From Macrostomum lignano (taxonomy: Eukaryota): 64,000 bases of DNA. A program made the translations under genes and the position numbers. Numbering within the stretch: the stretch's first letter is position 1; each line of letters starts with the position of its first letter. Location: NCBI GenBank assembly GCA_002269645.1, contig NIVC01001781.1, positions 1 through 64,000 of the forward strand. Direction: 5' to 3'. Of the stretch, positions 27,701 to 43,899 are shown in pieces. The notes under the pieces are model-generated. The model was given only the letters and a program-made list of their open reading frames with translations, did no database searches and was not told the DNA's origin.

Positions 27701-29058
27701 AGCGCTAGCGCTTTCGGTGTTATGATATTTCAAGTTTGTGATATTTCCGGTTTTATGAAAGCGATCCATTAAGAGCAGCGTTCGTCTGCTTAAGTACAGT
27801 ATGTGGACAAAACAGTCTGTCAAGCGAATTTATTCACTTACTCACGTATATACTCGTAGCTACGAGCGTATATGCAAACACACGACCTTTTAAAGTTAGT
27901 TAATAAAGCTAAATTAAACTATTGCAATAGTAAAATATATTCACGTAATACTTACGTTGCTATTAATGACGGAATGCTGATAGAACACTATTATAAAAAA
28001 TAGCAATACCACCGATATAATCGAGGCATAGCGAATAAAAAATTTTGTTGCCAATTGACTCTGCGCTGCGTAGTTTACATGCGGCATGGCTACTGAATTT
28101 TAATAGAGAATAATTGTCGAGAGTTGATCCGTTGCCCTTATACTTGAAAGAATATAGCTACTCCCTCTAGTTAGCTGACGTGTATGTTTCAGTCTCGGTT
28201 GACTGTTATATATTTTCAAAAAAGCTGCCTCGAACGCTCACCCATTCTCTTCTCTCCCTCTAACTTCTCTCGTTCGTATTTAAACGTTTTAAAACTTGGC
28301 TTCCTTCTGCCTCCCGCTGAGCTGACTCAATTTCTACTGTTAGATCCCAACTTTCTTTCTTTCTCTTGATTTGCACACTGCTGCACTGCCTTCCCTTCAG
28401 TAATATACATATTAATGTATGTCAAGCCTTTATGGCAGTTTGCGCGCGCGCGTGTGCGTTTCCTATGTGAACAACTTGTGCTCAAAAGTTGAATGGAGGA
28501 CGTAGGAAAACCCCCCAGCCCGACAGACAAGGACAATAGTGTGTTAGTATGGCTTAGAAATGAAGTTTCTAGCGTCTGAACTGAGCTATCGAGCTATCGA
28601 GTTCAGAGGTCTGTCGAGGGGTATGGGTTGGGCAAGCCAGAAAAATCAGGCGGTGAATCAATATCAACTTTTTCCTTATAATTCAGTTCTAGTCTAACTT
28701 GATTGATACAATCTGTTTAATCTGACTTGTTATCGGGCTGTTAGTGGAAACCCCCTTTTCAAATTTATAGTTAATATTGGAGATCAACTGCCAGACGAAC
28801 AACAGGGGGACTCTTGACAGATATGAAACGTGACACAGTCACTTCAGTACACCTCATTTTATTAGAAATTAGAATTTTATCCTTAATACAATAATTGGGT
28901 ACAGTAAGTCTCAAGTAAGTCATCATCTAAATCCCGCAGCTATCACGGCTAGCGGCAATTATCTGAAGTTCAAACTCGGCCCCGGCTCAATCAGCGACCA
29001 GGTGCACAGAGAGGTATACACTAACTACCTGGATATGACGCAAGACTCTAATAACTAA
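15712..29058 (+). CDS. WDR45B: WD repeat phosphoinositide-interacting protein 3 (Atg18/WIPI family), 383 aa, 4 coding exons
   Basis: Exons 15712-15772 (NGLLYATFNQDF), 20908-21193 (GCFACG..NGFRIYNTEPLKEKERQDF), 22933-23618 (LATASEKGTLIRVF, ELRRGS, SDRGTVHVF), 28940-29058 (AITASGNYLKF...REVYTNYLDMT). All GT-AG, phases 1/2/1, total 1152 nt open. Confidence 0.95.
17244..19035 (-). mobile_element. Decayed mariner transposon in WIPI3 intron 1, 5'-truncated, split by a MITE
   Basis: Minus-strand remnants VTIDKT, TMVTIF.DCEGVIFIDYLKKGQT, YDNVQSHTS, LPHPLYSPDQAPSNYYLF and C-terminus CINANGDYFEKF* joined across the MITE. TA + CAAGGGGTAGTCAAAAAGT is a mariner-like TIR at 17242. Confidence 0.85.
17336..18473. 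mobile_element. Non-autonomous hAT-like element, 1138 bp
   Basis: TIR TAGTGTT(CC/TT)GCCG. Perfect 8-bp TSD GTAATCTC at 17328-17335 and 18474-18481. Subterminal CCGTAA repeats. Confidence 0.9.
20192..20375. mobile_element. hAT-like MITE, 184 bp
   Basis: Ends CAG...GGATCCAG / CTGGATCCACTG with G- and C-runs. TSD GTCCTATG / GTCCTTTG (7 of 8). Confidence 0.75.
20736..20818 (+). ncRNA. SNORD46: C/D box snoRNA, SNORD46/snR63-like, copy 1 (WIPI3 intron 1)
   Basis: C box ATGATGA 20741, guide TTGTCATAGTTAC, D box CTGA 20811-20814. The guide is complementary to LSU rRNA GUAACUAUGAC. D box lies 93 nt upstream of the acceptor. Confidence 0.85.
21211..22890. repeat. 25-bp minisatellite (~67 units) filling WIPI3 intron 2
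   Basis: Unit TACAGATTGATCCCATCTCTAAACC with TGAAT and GATGGG variants. Confidence 0.98.
23720..23968. repeat. 30-bp minisatellite (~8 units)
   Basis: Unit GAGTCCCCTAATTAAACATCAGGTGTTATT. Confidence 0.95.
24024..24111 (+). ncRNA. SNORD46: SNORD46-like snoRNA copy 2 (intron 3)
   Basis: C box 24031, guide TTGTCATAGTTAC, D box 24102-24105, terminal stem AGTCCT/AGGACT. Confidence 0.9.
24223..24324 (+). ncRNA. SNORD46: SNORD46-like snoRNA copy 3 (intron 3)
   Basis: C box 24232, guide TGTCATAGTTAC, D box 24314-24317, imperfect stem AGAGTTCT/AGACTCT. Confidence 0.88.
24382..24473 (+). ncRNA. SNORD46: SNORD46-like snoRNA copy 4 (intron 3)
   Basis: C box 24392, D box 24461-24464, 9-bp stem TGGAGTCTA/TAGACTCCA. 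C' region diverged (AAAGA). Confidence 0.88.
24512..24580 (-). mobile_element. 3' fragment of SINE family A
   Basis: GAGAGGCATTACTGCCCATTCCGCCGACTCCCCTGA is the reverse complement of ~2120-2155. AAAAGCGACATTGTCACA matches the reverse complement of ~37445-37462. Confidence 0.75.
24810..24839 (+). mobile_element. Helitron-like 3' terminus (hairpin + CTAG)
   Basis: GCCTCCCCAACAGGGGGC hairpin, then CTAG|T. A related motif is at 31104-31131. Confidence 0.4.
24862..24958 (+). ncRNA. SNORD46: SNORD46-like snoRNA copy 5 (intron 3)
   Basis: C box 24875, D box 24943-24946, 12-bp stem ATTTCGAGTCTT/AAGACTCGAAAT. Confidence 0.92.
25392..27202 (-). CDS. DUF1647-family (putative glycosyltransferase-like) protein nested antisense in WIPI3 intron 3; 5' end uncertain
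   Basis: Exons ~27202-26813, 26502-26147, 25695-25392 with GT-AG and consistent phases. Motifs FVTAVS, IASVQKQFPNRTLVVFDIGL, FYWKPLV, ILWLESSSR, CHRYDQSVLNIL. Family assigned from recalled motifs. Confidence 0.8.
27583..27770. mobile_element. Small foldback/MITE-like inverted repeat
   Basis: ATCACAAACCCGAAATATCAACACCGAAAGC vs GCTTTCGGTGTTATGATATTTCAAGTTTGTGAT, with internal AAATATCA subrepeats. Confidence 0.6.
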
Positions 29059-29339
29059 ACGGTTAGAGGCTATCAACTCCTTCGATTTACAATTTGCGTG
29101 CCAATTTTGCTACTCGTATGTAAATGTCAATATCTCCGCTGCTAGAGATCGCAATGCTCAGAATTAAGCATCCCGTTGTTGATTTTTTACGAACAGAAAT
29201 TTTGCATGCTTTTTTTATTAGAAATTTCTTGTATTTAGTCATTCTTCGCTCAACGATTCCATAGTGCATGGCTTATATTTTAAAAGTTGAGTTATAATAA
29301 CTCCTAACAGTTTCTCTGCTAGGAGTTTGCTCAGCTGAT

Positions 29340-30662
29340 AAGAGCGACTCTTGGGATATCCTGATAAGGGTGACACTAGGGGTGTCTTGATAAGAGTGTC
29401 ACTAGGGTTGTCTTGATAAGGGTGACACTATGAGTGTCCTGATAAGAGTGACACTAGGGTGTCCTGATAAGGGTGACACTAGGGTGTCTTGATAAGGGTG
29501 ACACTAGGGTGTCCTGATAAGAGTGACACTAGGAGTGTCCTGAAGGGTGACACTATGAGTGTCCTGATAAAAGTGACACTAGTGGTTTCCTGATAAGGGT
29601 GACACTAGGAGTGTCCTGATAAGGGTGACACTATGAGTGTCCTGATAAATGTGACACTAGGAGTGTCTTGATAAGGGTGACACTAGGGTGTCTTGATAAG
29701 GGTGACACTAGGAGTGTCCTGATAAGGGTGACACTAGGATTGTCCTGATAAGGTTGACACTAGGAGTGTCCTGATAAGGGTGACACTAGGGGTGTCTTGA
29801 TAAGAGTGACACTAGGAGTGTCCTGATAAGAGTGACACTAGGAGTGTCTTGATAAGGGTGACACTAGGAGTGTCCTGATAAGAGTGACACTAGGAGTGTC
29901 CTGATAAGGGTGTCACTAGGAGTGTCTTGATAAGGGTGACACTAGGAGTGTCCTGATAAGGGTGGCACTAGGAGTGTCCTGATTAGGGTGACACTAGGGG
30001 TGTCTTGATAAGGGTGACACTAGGAGTGTCCTGATAAGGGTGACACTAGGAGTGTCCTGATAAGGGTGTCACTAGGGGTGTCCTGATAAGAGTGTCACTA
30101 GGGGTGTCCTGATAAGGGTGACACTAGGAGTGTCCTGATAAGGGTGACACTAGGAGTGTCCTGATAAGGGTGACACTAGGATTGTCCTGATAAGGGTGAC
30201 ACTAGGGGTGTCTTGATAAGAGTGACACTAGGAGTGTCCTGATAAGAGTGACACTAGGAGTGTCTTGATAAGGGTGACACTAGGAGTGTCCTGATAAGAG
30301 TGACACTAGGAGTGTCCTGATAAGGGTGTCACTAGGAGTGTCTTGATAAGGGTGACACTAGGAGTGTCCTGATAAGGGTGGCACTAGGAGTGTCCTGATT
30401 AGGGTGACACTAGGGGTGTCTTGATAAGGGTGACACTAGGAGTGTCCTGATAAGGGTGGCACTAGGAGTGTCCTGATTAGGGTGACACTAGGGGTGTCTT
30501 GATAAGGGTGACACTAGGAGTGTCCTGATAAGGGTGACACTAGGATTGTCCTGATAAGGGTGACACTAGGAGTGTCCTGATAAGGGTGACACTAGGAGTG
30601 TCCTGATAAGGATGACGCTAGTGGTTTCCTGATAAGGGTGACACTAGGGGTGTCCTGACTAG
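29340..30662. repeat. 26-bp minisatellite (~50 units)
   Basis: Unit CCTGATAAGGGTGACACTAGGAGTGT; each unit carries the inverted pair GACACT/AGTGTC. Confidence 0.98.
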
Positions 30663-31103
30663 GGCAGCTTTTGGGCCTCCTCATCTTTGTAATTACTCCA
30701 GTCAACTTTGCAATTTTTATCTCCATGTTCATCCGGTCTAAACAATTTTTGTTACCGCTTGTTTTTCGATTAAAATTAATTACTTAACACATTCTTTCCA
30801 CATCGATTTTTCCTAACTGTCGTTGACTCGTAAATTGTCAATATAAAGTATACCGTATCTCTTAATGTTTATTTGTTTGAATTATTGATTATATACGAAA
30901 TAAATCACTCCAGATTTTTTTATAATTAAGCATGTAAATTTTTAATTTTAATTGTTCGTTCTTTTGTATCTAAATTTATACTACAAGATTCATCTGGGGA
31001 ATTGCTAAGAGATCAAGGCTTACGGCGGGATTTCTGAGATGTCGAAACTGAGAGGTCAGAAGCTACATGTAGTTTATTAAAATAAATTATTCAATTCTTT
31101 ATC

Positions 31104-31131
31104 GCCTCCCCAACGGGGTGCTGATTGCTAG
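31104..31131 (+). mobile_element. Helitron-like 3' terminus, second copy
   Basis: GCCTCCCCAACGGGGTGC-TGATTG-CTAG|T. Confidence 0.4.
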
Positions 31132-31935
31132 TATCTAAATTCACACTACTGATGCTACACAGCGATCCGGCCATATGCTCCTAAAGTAAAGCAGTTGGAG
31201 TGACTTAAGGAAGAAAAATGCAACTTTCTATTGGGGCAGCTTCAATTTAACTTTTAGTATGTATAATATGTACATTTACACTTCACTAATAACTATAAAA
31301 TGAGCAACTATTTGTACAGCTTAACAGAAAGGCTTTGTTGTTCCCAGATCCGGAATCCAAAAAACACCCGCAGGCATTGAGTGTGGAAACCGGCCTGTCT
31401 CTGTTTATTCAATGCGGCGACCACCAAGACAGAAAGCATTCTTCAGAAAAAGTTACTATCTAATTACACAGCGAGTCATTGTGCTAGTAGGGGAAGCTGG
31501 ATTAAGTGCAAGTTGTACTGTTAAACTGCAGACTTAAATTTCTAGCGGCACAGAATGTTGACCCAAGCGAAGAAAATGTAGCATAATTATAGTACAGTTT
31601 CTGAACAGCTGTCTTTAAAAAGTGCAGGTATAATAGACGAGCTGGTAAGTTATATAGCTATGAGAAATCTACTAGTTACTAACTTGATACAATATGATGA
31701 CGTCACTATCGATTCGATGATGTCATCGTGTGTTGTCAAAATGCCCATACCCTAAGTCCTGTGTTATGACGTCATCCTATACTAGACTTGAAAGCGCTTT
31801 CTTAAGTCATATAGATAGCGTAATCGTAGCGCCTATGACGTCATTATATCAGTAAATTGCACGAACGAACCATCTCTAAATAAAAACACAACCTAACACA
31901 GAAATACACGGCAGTCAACAAGACTCCAGACTCAA

Positions 31936-36663
<4,728 letters not shown>

Positions 36664-36804
36664 GCTCTTTTTATTTAATAGATAAAGAATTTAACATGAA
36701 ACAAATTGTTGTCATGGGAATCATTTTCTGGTGGCGCCTTTTTTCATCAAGTTAAGCTGAGTTGACTATGGTTAGATAAATTGAATGGAATTATCACCTT
36801 CTAG

Positions 36805-37500
36805 GGTGTGGGCTCTGATGTGCCAGCAGCCCAAGCTCGATTCCAAGTGCAGTCACGTTAATTAGGACTAAACTGGAATCTTGGCAGCGACATACCCAGG
36901 ATTTTCCATTGGGGGGGGTCAATTGAAAGACTGCACTGCTTTTGATTTTACAGTTTGATTGTGACGAAATAGACTATGGATTACAGTTGTGAGGTCGCTT
37001 GTCAGTTATCTGTTGTTCCTCAGCCTGGAAATTGGAGGGGGTGCGGCCCCCCTTGCATATGCCACTGAATCTTGGCTTGGCTCTGCTTGCATATTTAAAT
37101 GCGTTTGAGGGCTAACCCTCAAGGTACAGTGAAGTGTATATGCCTAATGATAAATAAAATTAGGGCTGCTGTCCTCTGTGTGTCTGTGCATATGACTGCA
37201 TTATGACCCAGCCAGCTGGTGAAGGGCCCAGCCACCTGGCCAAGGTAAGTTGCAAAAATGCCCAGCCAAAAATACAGACATAGAACTAAATAGATGAGGC
37301 ATTTAGCCTTAATAATACAGTCATAGTAAGTCACACGGCTAGTGTTATTCAGGCGGGTAGTGTATGCATTATGTATCTGCACACTTGTATGTCTGCTTAG
37401 GGGGGAGTTAGCAGGATGTGTAATAATGCCTCTCATTAGTTATGTGACAATGTCACTTTTAGTATGCCAAAATGCATACAGTCTCCTGCCTCTAATAAGA
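36805..37500 (+). mobile_element. SINE family A copy, interrupted by a MITE
   Basis: CTCGATTCCAAGTGCAGTCAC...CTTGGCTTGGCTCTGC...TAATGCCTCT...CCTGCCTCTAA aligns with 1870-2200. Confidence 0.7.
36885..37067. mobile_element. hAT-like MITE, 183 bp
   Basis: Ends CAGCGACATA / TATGCCACTG. Perfect 8-bp TSD AATCTTGG at 36877-36884 and 37068-37075. The empty site is seen in the SINE copy at ~1959-1966. Confidence 0.88.
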
Positions 37501-38002
37501 AATCACCTGGTAGGATAGTCATATTAGTAAACTGACAAAAGTTTTTATGCAAAATATAGCTAGTTAGTTCATTTTTGCTTTATAATTTATTACAATAAAA
37601 TATTATTTTTTAATTCTATAACTTTCATAGAACAAAATATATAAGAATTCTTTGCCTTGAAACAAGTGACAATAAGAAATAAGAAATCAATCTTTTCAGA
37701 TTTGTTTTTAAAAGACAACATTAGTCTAATAAAAAATATTAAAGTTGAATTGTAAATTTAAAGTTGAATTCAAATTTTTTATTTTATCTATGTTCTATTT
37801 TCTGTTTTTTTATTTAACAAGTTTAAATAGGGGGCCTACTATATACAAGCTATATTATTTGAGAATAACAATACATATTGTTATAATATTGTGACTCAAT
37901 CACTAGAATTTGAATCACTAATTAGAATAACTAGAATAATTGACTCAATAGGCTAGTTACAATGCAATTAGAGTCCAATAGGCTAAAACTGAGTGTTCAT
38001 TG

Positions 38003-38742
38003 CCTAATGAAAATGGTACCTAGGCCAAGAAGCATCCCAGAGTCACTTTTGTTATCTCAGAGTTGTTTCTGACATGTTGCAAATGACACAGGTCAAATAG
38101 GAAAGAAATGATTCTAAGTGACTCTAAAATGACAAGATGTCATAGTACAAATTACCAAAAAGTTGCAGAAGCTCTTCAGCATTGCTGTTGAATCTTTAGT
38201 GTATCATTTCTGTTTCAATGAGCATGCATTTTCCATTTGCACAGAAATGACAATCCAGCAGTCTGTTTAAGACTGGTAGTAACAACTCTATAACATATCT
38301 AGATTGCCTCAGAAGTGACACACTAACAAATCTAGTAATGTTAAAGCGCTTCTGCAACTTTTATGCAACTGCAGAATGCAACTAAAACACCAGAAATGTG
38401 ACTCTAATTCATCAAAAAATGCAAATATGCTTCAAACACAACTCGGTTACTCTATGGCCCAAGAATCATTATACTGTTGCCCCAGTCACTAGTCTTGCGC
38501 CAAAATCATTTGTGTTGCTCAGAAATCATTTTAGAGTTGCAGACAATAAAACACTTCAAATTGATTTTGGGATAATTCTTTGACAACTTTTTGGCAACTT
38601 CTATTGTGGCATCTTGTCATTTAGGAGTTGTTTAGAGTAACTTCTTTTCTTTAGACCTGTCATTGCAATATATTTGAAATGACTCTGGGGTGAAACAAGT
38701 GACTTTGGGACACTTCTTGGCCTAGGTACTATTTTCATTGGG
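38003..38742. mobile_element. Non-autonomous TIR element (~740 bp)
   Basis: ~50-60 bp inverted termini AATGAAAATGGTACCTAGGCCAAGAAGCATCCCAGAGTCACTT / AAGTGACTTTGGGACACTTCTTGGCCTAGGTACTATTTTCATT. TSD not resolved. Confidence 0.8.
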
Positions 38743-39599
38743 ATTCTCTTCTCCTACCTTTCCTGAAGTTAAATTCCCCACCCTCCTGTCATTCCCAATT
38801 ATAATTTCTCACATGTAAAAATTCTCATTTTTAGATTTCTAAAAATTTCTACTCAATTAATTGTGTAGCTAGGCCATCATGATGTCTAGATGACTAGTAT
38901 ATCACTCCATTAATAGCTATGTGTCAGGGAAAGGAAGTGCAAGCTCAAAGTCCAAATTTATGTTGTGAGTTCTAAGAAGGCTGTGATCAGTGCAGCAAAG
39001 TAAGTATTCATTATATACTATTTCAATTTTAGTTTTTCTTAGATTAATTTTTTTTGTTTTGTCACAATATATCATTGCTGTTTAATGGTAGGTGATGATA
39101 TAGCCTGGGTGACCTCATTATCAATAATTTAGTAGCCATTTTATCCCTACTACCCACCTAGTCAATTGCCAATTTACCCTGAACATTGATAATAGCATAC
39201 CAGTTGCATATGGCTATACCACTTTCTTATTGAACAGTGTCTTTATGCATTGTGAATTTTAGTTCTGGTCCTAGCAAGTCTGGTGCAGACAATTTTGACT
39301 GGATAGATATTGATGAATTGGACAACAAGCACAAAGAAGAGGAAGCTACTGCTAGTTTTTCCCCTGCCAATCATGCAGATGTGCAAGGTACAACAACAAA
39401 TTATGGATTAAGTAAGGCATATCTCTGCTACTCAGCTTTTGCTCATTCTTTAAGGCAAAAGCAGTGTGCAGCAAGTGCCAATTGAGTCTAGGGGAGACCT
39501 TTTGGTGCAAGATGTATGGTCTGCTAAATGTTTGCTATCAGTATTTGGAAACTCAGCATTATCATAAGCCACTACATAGAAATGGAATGTAAGTTGTAA

Positions 39600-40900
39600 A
39601 ATCATAGTGCATATACTGTATGTTGGTGTTCCTATTTTTATAAAATACCAATATTATATTCAAACAATAGTGTCTTCTTTCTTACACTTAGAGGAAATCT
39701 TTTTTCAAAGAAGCAAGCTGCTGTTTGTTTGAGATAATTGGATATTCCAAGGTTTGAAGAGAGATTAAAGCAGTTTTATTTAACAAAAAAGGTAGACATT
39801 ACTTATCATAAACTGTTATCTTATAAAATATGGTTGGCACTGTAATCACTAAAATAATTATTGTCCTTCAGCTAAAGACATTGATGTGTGTATTTGCCTA
39901 TGTGGCTGTTCCCAACTTTCTATGGTCATGTTCAATATGGGATACTGGCCTATTCAAGCAAACCCCAAGAAGGCTCATATGGCCAAGGCTATTTCTATCT
40001 AACTATTGCTGTTGATAGTCTATTTGGCAGATGACTAGTGCATCACTTTATTTAGTTTGCAAGGCAGAGCAATTGCAGAAGTCTTTACTCTGGGGTTCTA
40101 ATTCAGTATATTGATATTTAGTTTATAAAGTGAACTATAATACTCATGGAAAAATTGAAACAATAAATTAAAATAAGGCATACATGTATATTCCATTAAA
40201 ATTAACTATATGTTTTACAAATATTTGTATTATATGCATCTTATTTTATATTTTATATCACAGATAAACATATATTGACTGTTGAACTTGTATGGCTAAT
40301 AACTCATGGATAAATTCAAATGGTCTAGCAAGGTTGAATTCGCTGCATGCTTTGATGTAAGAGAAAATGAAAGTTGTGCATTTTATTTGTTTCAACTTAA
40401 AGTGTGAACTTCCATTATGATCAATATTATGAGTATTAACTAATTGCAATGTGCTAATAGTAACATCATCTTGAAATCCCACAGCATTTAGGTGGTATTA
40501 AGATATATAAGCTTATAGTTTTACTATTGTACTCTTTATTTTATGAACTGAAATTCCATAAGTTTTTGGCAGTAAAACTACTTGCTTTTTTGCTAGCCCA
40601 TTGATCAACCAGAACAAGGGAATGTCTATCCAATCTATAAAGCTCTAGTATTTGCACCTCTCAATAGATGTTTTAGTTTGAAGCACTATACAATAGCTGG
40701 CGAAGAGTTCCTTCAATTGGCAATTGCCTCTTTCTTTTTGGATATTGATATAGAAACAATTATAGAGCCAAGAAAAGACTACTGTCCAGATTGGCATGCC
40801 ATAAGACATAGTCAGTCCCTTGTTTCTGTATCATATATATATCACTTGGATATCTTTAGCCATTTCTATGCCTCTTGAGTCTTGCCAATATGGTTCTATT
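39600..40900 (-). pseudogene. Highly decayed non-LTR reverse transcriptase remnant
   Basis: Minus-strand GFQDDVTI followed by FKLKQIKC resembles the RT YADD motif and the following domain. The rest is riddled with stops. Confidence 0.35.
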
Positions 40901-43899
40901 CAATATTTGGCCAACATAATCACACCTTGAGAAAGGTATTTGTACTCATGCTACTCTTAGTATCAAAAGTTTTTACTTGAAAATTTCCTTATAATTGGCC
41001 CTCTACTCATGTGCAATAGTGGCCTAGTTAATGAAGGATATTCTCTTTTCTGTCTCCATAGTTGTGCTCTATGACATAGCTTGAAAGTTGGCTAGGCAGT
41101 TTAAAAATGCACAGCTGAATTTCCCTATCCCAGCGTTTTATGCTTAGGGTCACAACTATGGTTATCAACTAGGGCCTAAATAGTAGAGTGCAAAATACCA
41201 AAAGAGCTAGTCTGATTAATGGAGAAACCAGTGACTTATGTTGGGCAATCTTGTGTTGCTATAGCCCTCAAGTAAAAGAGATCAATGGATGAGTATAAGT
41301 ATGAGTATGTATGCCATGAGTATGAGACTATGAATATCAATAAGAGTATAACATCAAATTTAGATTGCATATTATTCTTTCTTACTTCCATAGACCAGAT
41401 CATGCTAGCTGCACACCCAAACAAAAATTGAATAATTATAAATGTATGCCAAAAAGAATTTAGTGCATGCCTATTCTCAGAAATATGCCAGTGTTGCAAC
41501 AATAAATGACCTTTTGTAAACTGCATAATAGACCTTTATTAGAAAATAATTTAGTTTTTTTTTGCTTTTTTGATGATAATAGGCCTATTCATAACAGAAA
41601 ATTGATATACACATATTTGTCTAAATGCTTTTTTACAAGCTTGAAAAAACTGGAAAGCTTGAAATTTACACTTAAAATTTCACTTTTTTAGTTTTTTTCT
41701 ATTTCCCAATAACTTTTGAATGTGATTCTATAAATTACACACCAGGTGTACACGCATACTTTTTTCTCAGAAGTGATGCACACCAACTGTGCACACCTAA
41801 TTTTTGGGCATATACTACATGATCTAGAGTGTGGTCTTATTTTAATATATTTTCAAGGTTATATAGCCTATATATTATAGGGGATAGGGCCTACTCAAGC
41901 CAATGAATTTTAGCTAAGGCCTACCATCTTTTAGGTTTAAATTTTAAAACAGTAACATTGTCATTTGATTAGGCCTAGCTGCACTGGCCTTAAAGATTTT
42001 AAACAAAAAATAAATTTTAGATGTAGCATGTGCCCTATGCCCTAGAATGGCCTAGAAGCTCTGTTAGGCCTATTTAACAATAGGGGACTATAAATGAAAA
42101 CTCTATTATTCTAGCATATATATGCAATATGATTACAGCTAAATCTATAATGTGATTAGGCCCCCTGGCCCTAACATTAACAAAATTCAAAAACAAATTT
42201 ACCATACAACGATAGCAATTATCATTATCACTAACACTAACTCATGATTGGTATCTACGACATCAGACTGAAATAACTAAGTATATTATCTTGGTATTCT
42301 TAAGTATTATCCTATTAGCATGATGGTCACTGATTAGCATGATTAGCATTAGCATAGCTACAGACATAACAAAAATAAAAATGTTGTGTCGTCATCCGAC
42401 GTGGTCGTGGGGCATATAGTTTTTATTTCATAGTAAACTGACTGTTTAAATTTACGCATTAATTATTCCGTGCGTTATAACAGAAAAGGTGCGTTTGAAA
42501 CAAACTCAGATGCTACGAAAGTAAATACCGGCAGTATCTATAATTCGCGCATTATATATTAATTAGACAAAAAATAAAATTACTTCTTTCGACCAAGTAA
42601 AGCTGGGTGCCCCTAAAACAGCTATAAAGCGATGGACTAGTGCCAGCTTGACCTGGACCTAGCTGCTATTAAAGCCCCTCCACGATATCCTGCACCTCTC
42701 ATATGCAATGGATCGGTATGTACAATGAGAGCCTTTTAACGTAGTGCATGGGCCTGATCAAGGTTGGACGAAATATGAATCCTTCTCGAGAAGCTTCATA
42801 TATGAGGGTTAACCCCAAATAATTTTATTAAATGGCTACAGCTACTGGATTGAGTTTTTACCCCAAGTAGCTAGCCGCTGCTACGCAACGCGACGGCGGC
42901 GGCGGCCGGAAGACCAGGGGCGGCCGGCTCCGCTGGGAGGACTTGGAAATGACACCAACTGCATGGGGCCGCGGATCAGGAGCTGGACCATGCAGACAGG
43001 GTGACTGCGATTTGCTGACATTTGCTGACACTTAACTTTGGAGTTTCTGACAAATAATATTGGAGCCGTGCTGAGCGCGGGGCTGCAGCAGCTCTGCGTC
43101 CTGCATAGACAATTCTGCTAAATCTGTGTGATCTTTTGTCAATGCGACTGGCCCATGCACCCCTGTCTACCCACCCTGTCTACCCCACCCCCGTCTACCC
43201 CAACCTGTCTAGTATACCTGTCTAGTGCATATTTAGTAGGTGCACGTACTAAATATCTACTATCAAAGATGACTTTATCATATCTACTTTTTACATGTCA
43301 TCTTCATTGCCAATTAATTGCAGCTGTGGTCGAACCGCAATTCATATATTCATATATACATAGTACACGTATTTTGTAGGGGAGTTACATCGTAAACATT
43401 TTTAATGTATGCAGAGCTGAAGAAAATACGTGTAGATCGATATATTGTGCTGATTTTCCCCATACAGTTGCTAGTTAATGATCTACTATGTACACGAAGC
43501 ATTATTTGTGATGATTTACAAATAAGGAAACTTTTGCATATACCGACCCTAGTGTTGTATAGTTTATATCTTTCTAATAATGATGAGGACGCATCTTTTT
43601 TCAATCTTAAAACCGCACGTTTTGCTCCGATGCGCTTTTTTTCTACTGTCAGTAGGCTAGCTTAGGATATGATTTTCTCTCTACACTCTCATCTAGGCTG
43701 AGTCCTATGTCATTTTATGACATTACTATTAATTATGTTAGAGGCTTAATGTACTTCCCTTAGGATTCTAATTTTGGGTTGTTTACGCATCTCTGAAGGT
43801 CATGGGCTATCCCGATCCGGGTCTGAATTGGTTTGACCTCTAACAGTCTAGACAGGCGACACTAAGTCTGGGAGGAATGTTTTTAATCTCATTTTGACC

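Noticed and set aside
31690-31845. Cluster of TGACGTCA (CRE-like) motifs downstream of EIF2B5
   Set aside because: No adjacent gene start; probably a repeat fragment, and function cannot be supported.
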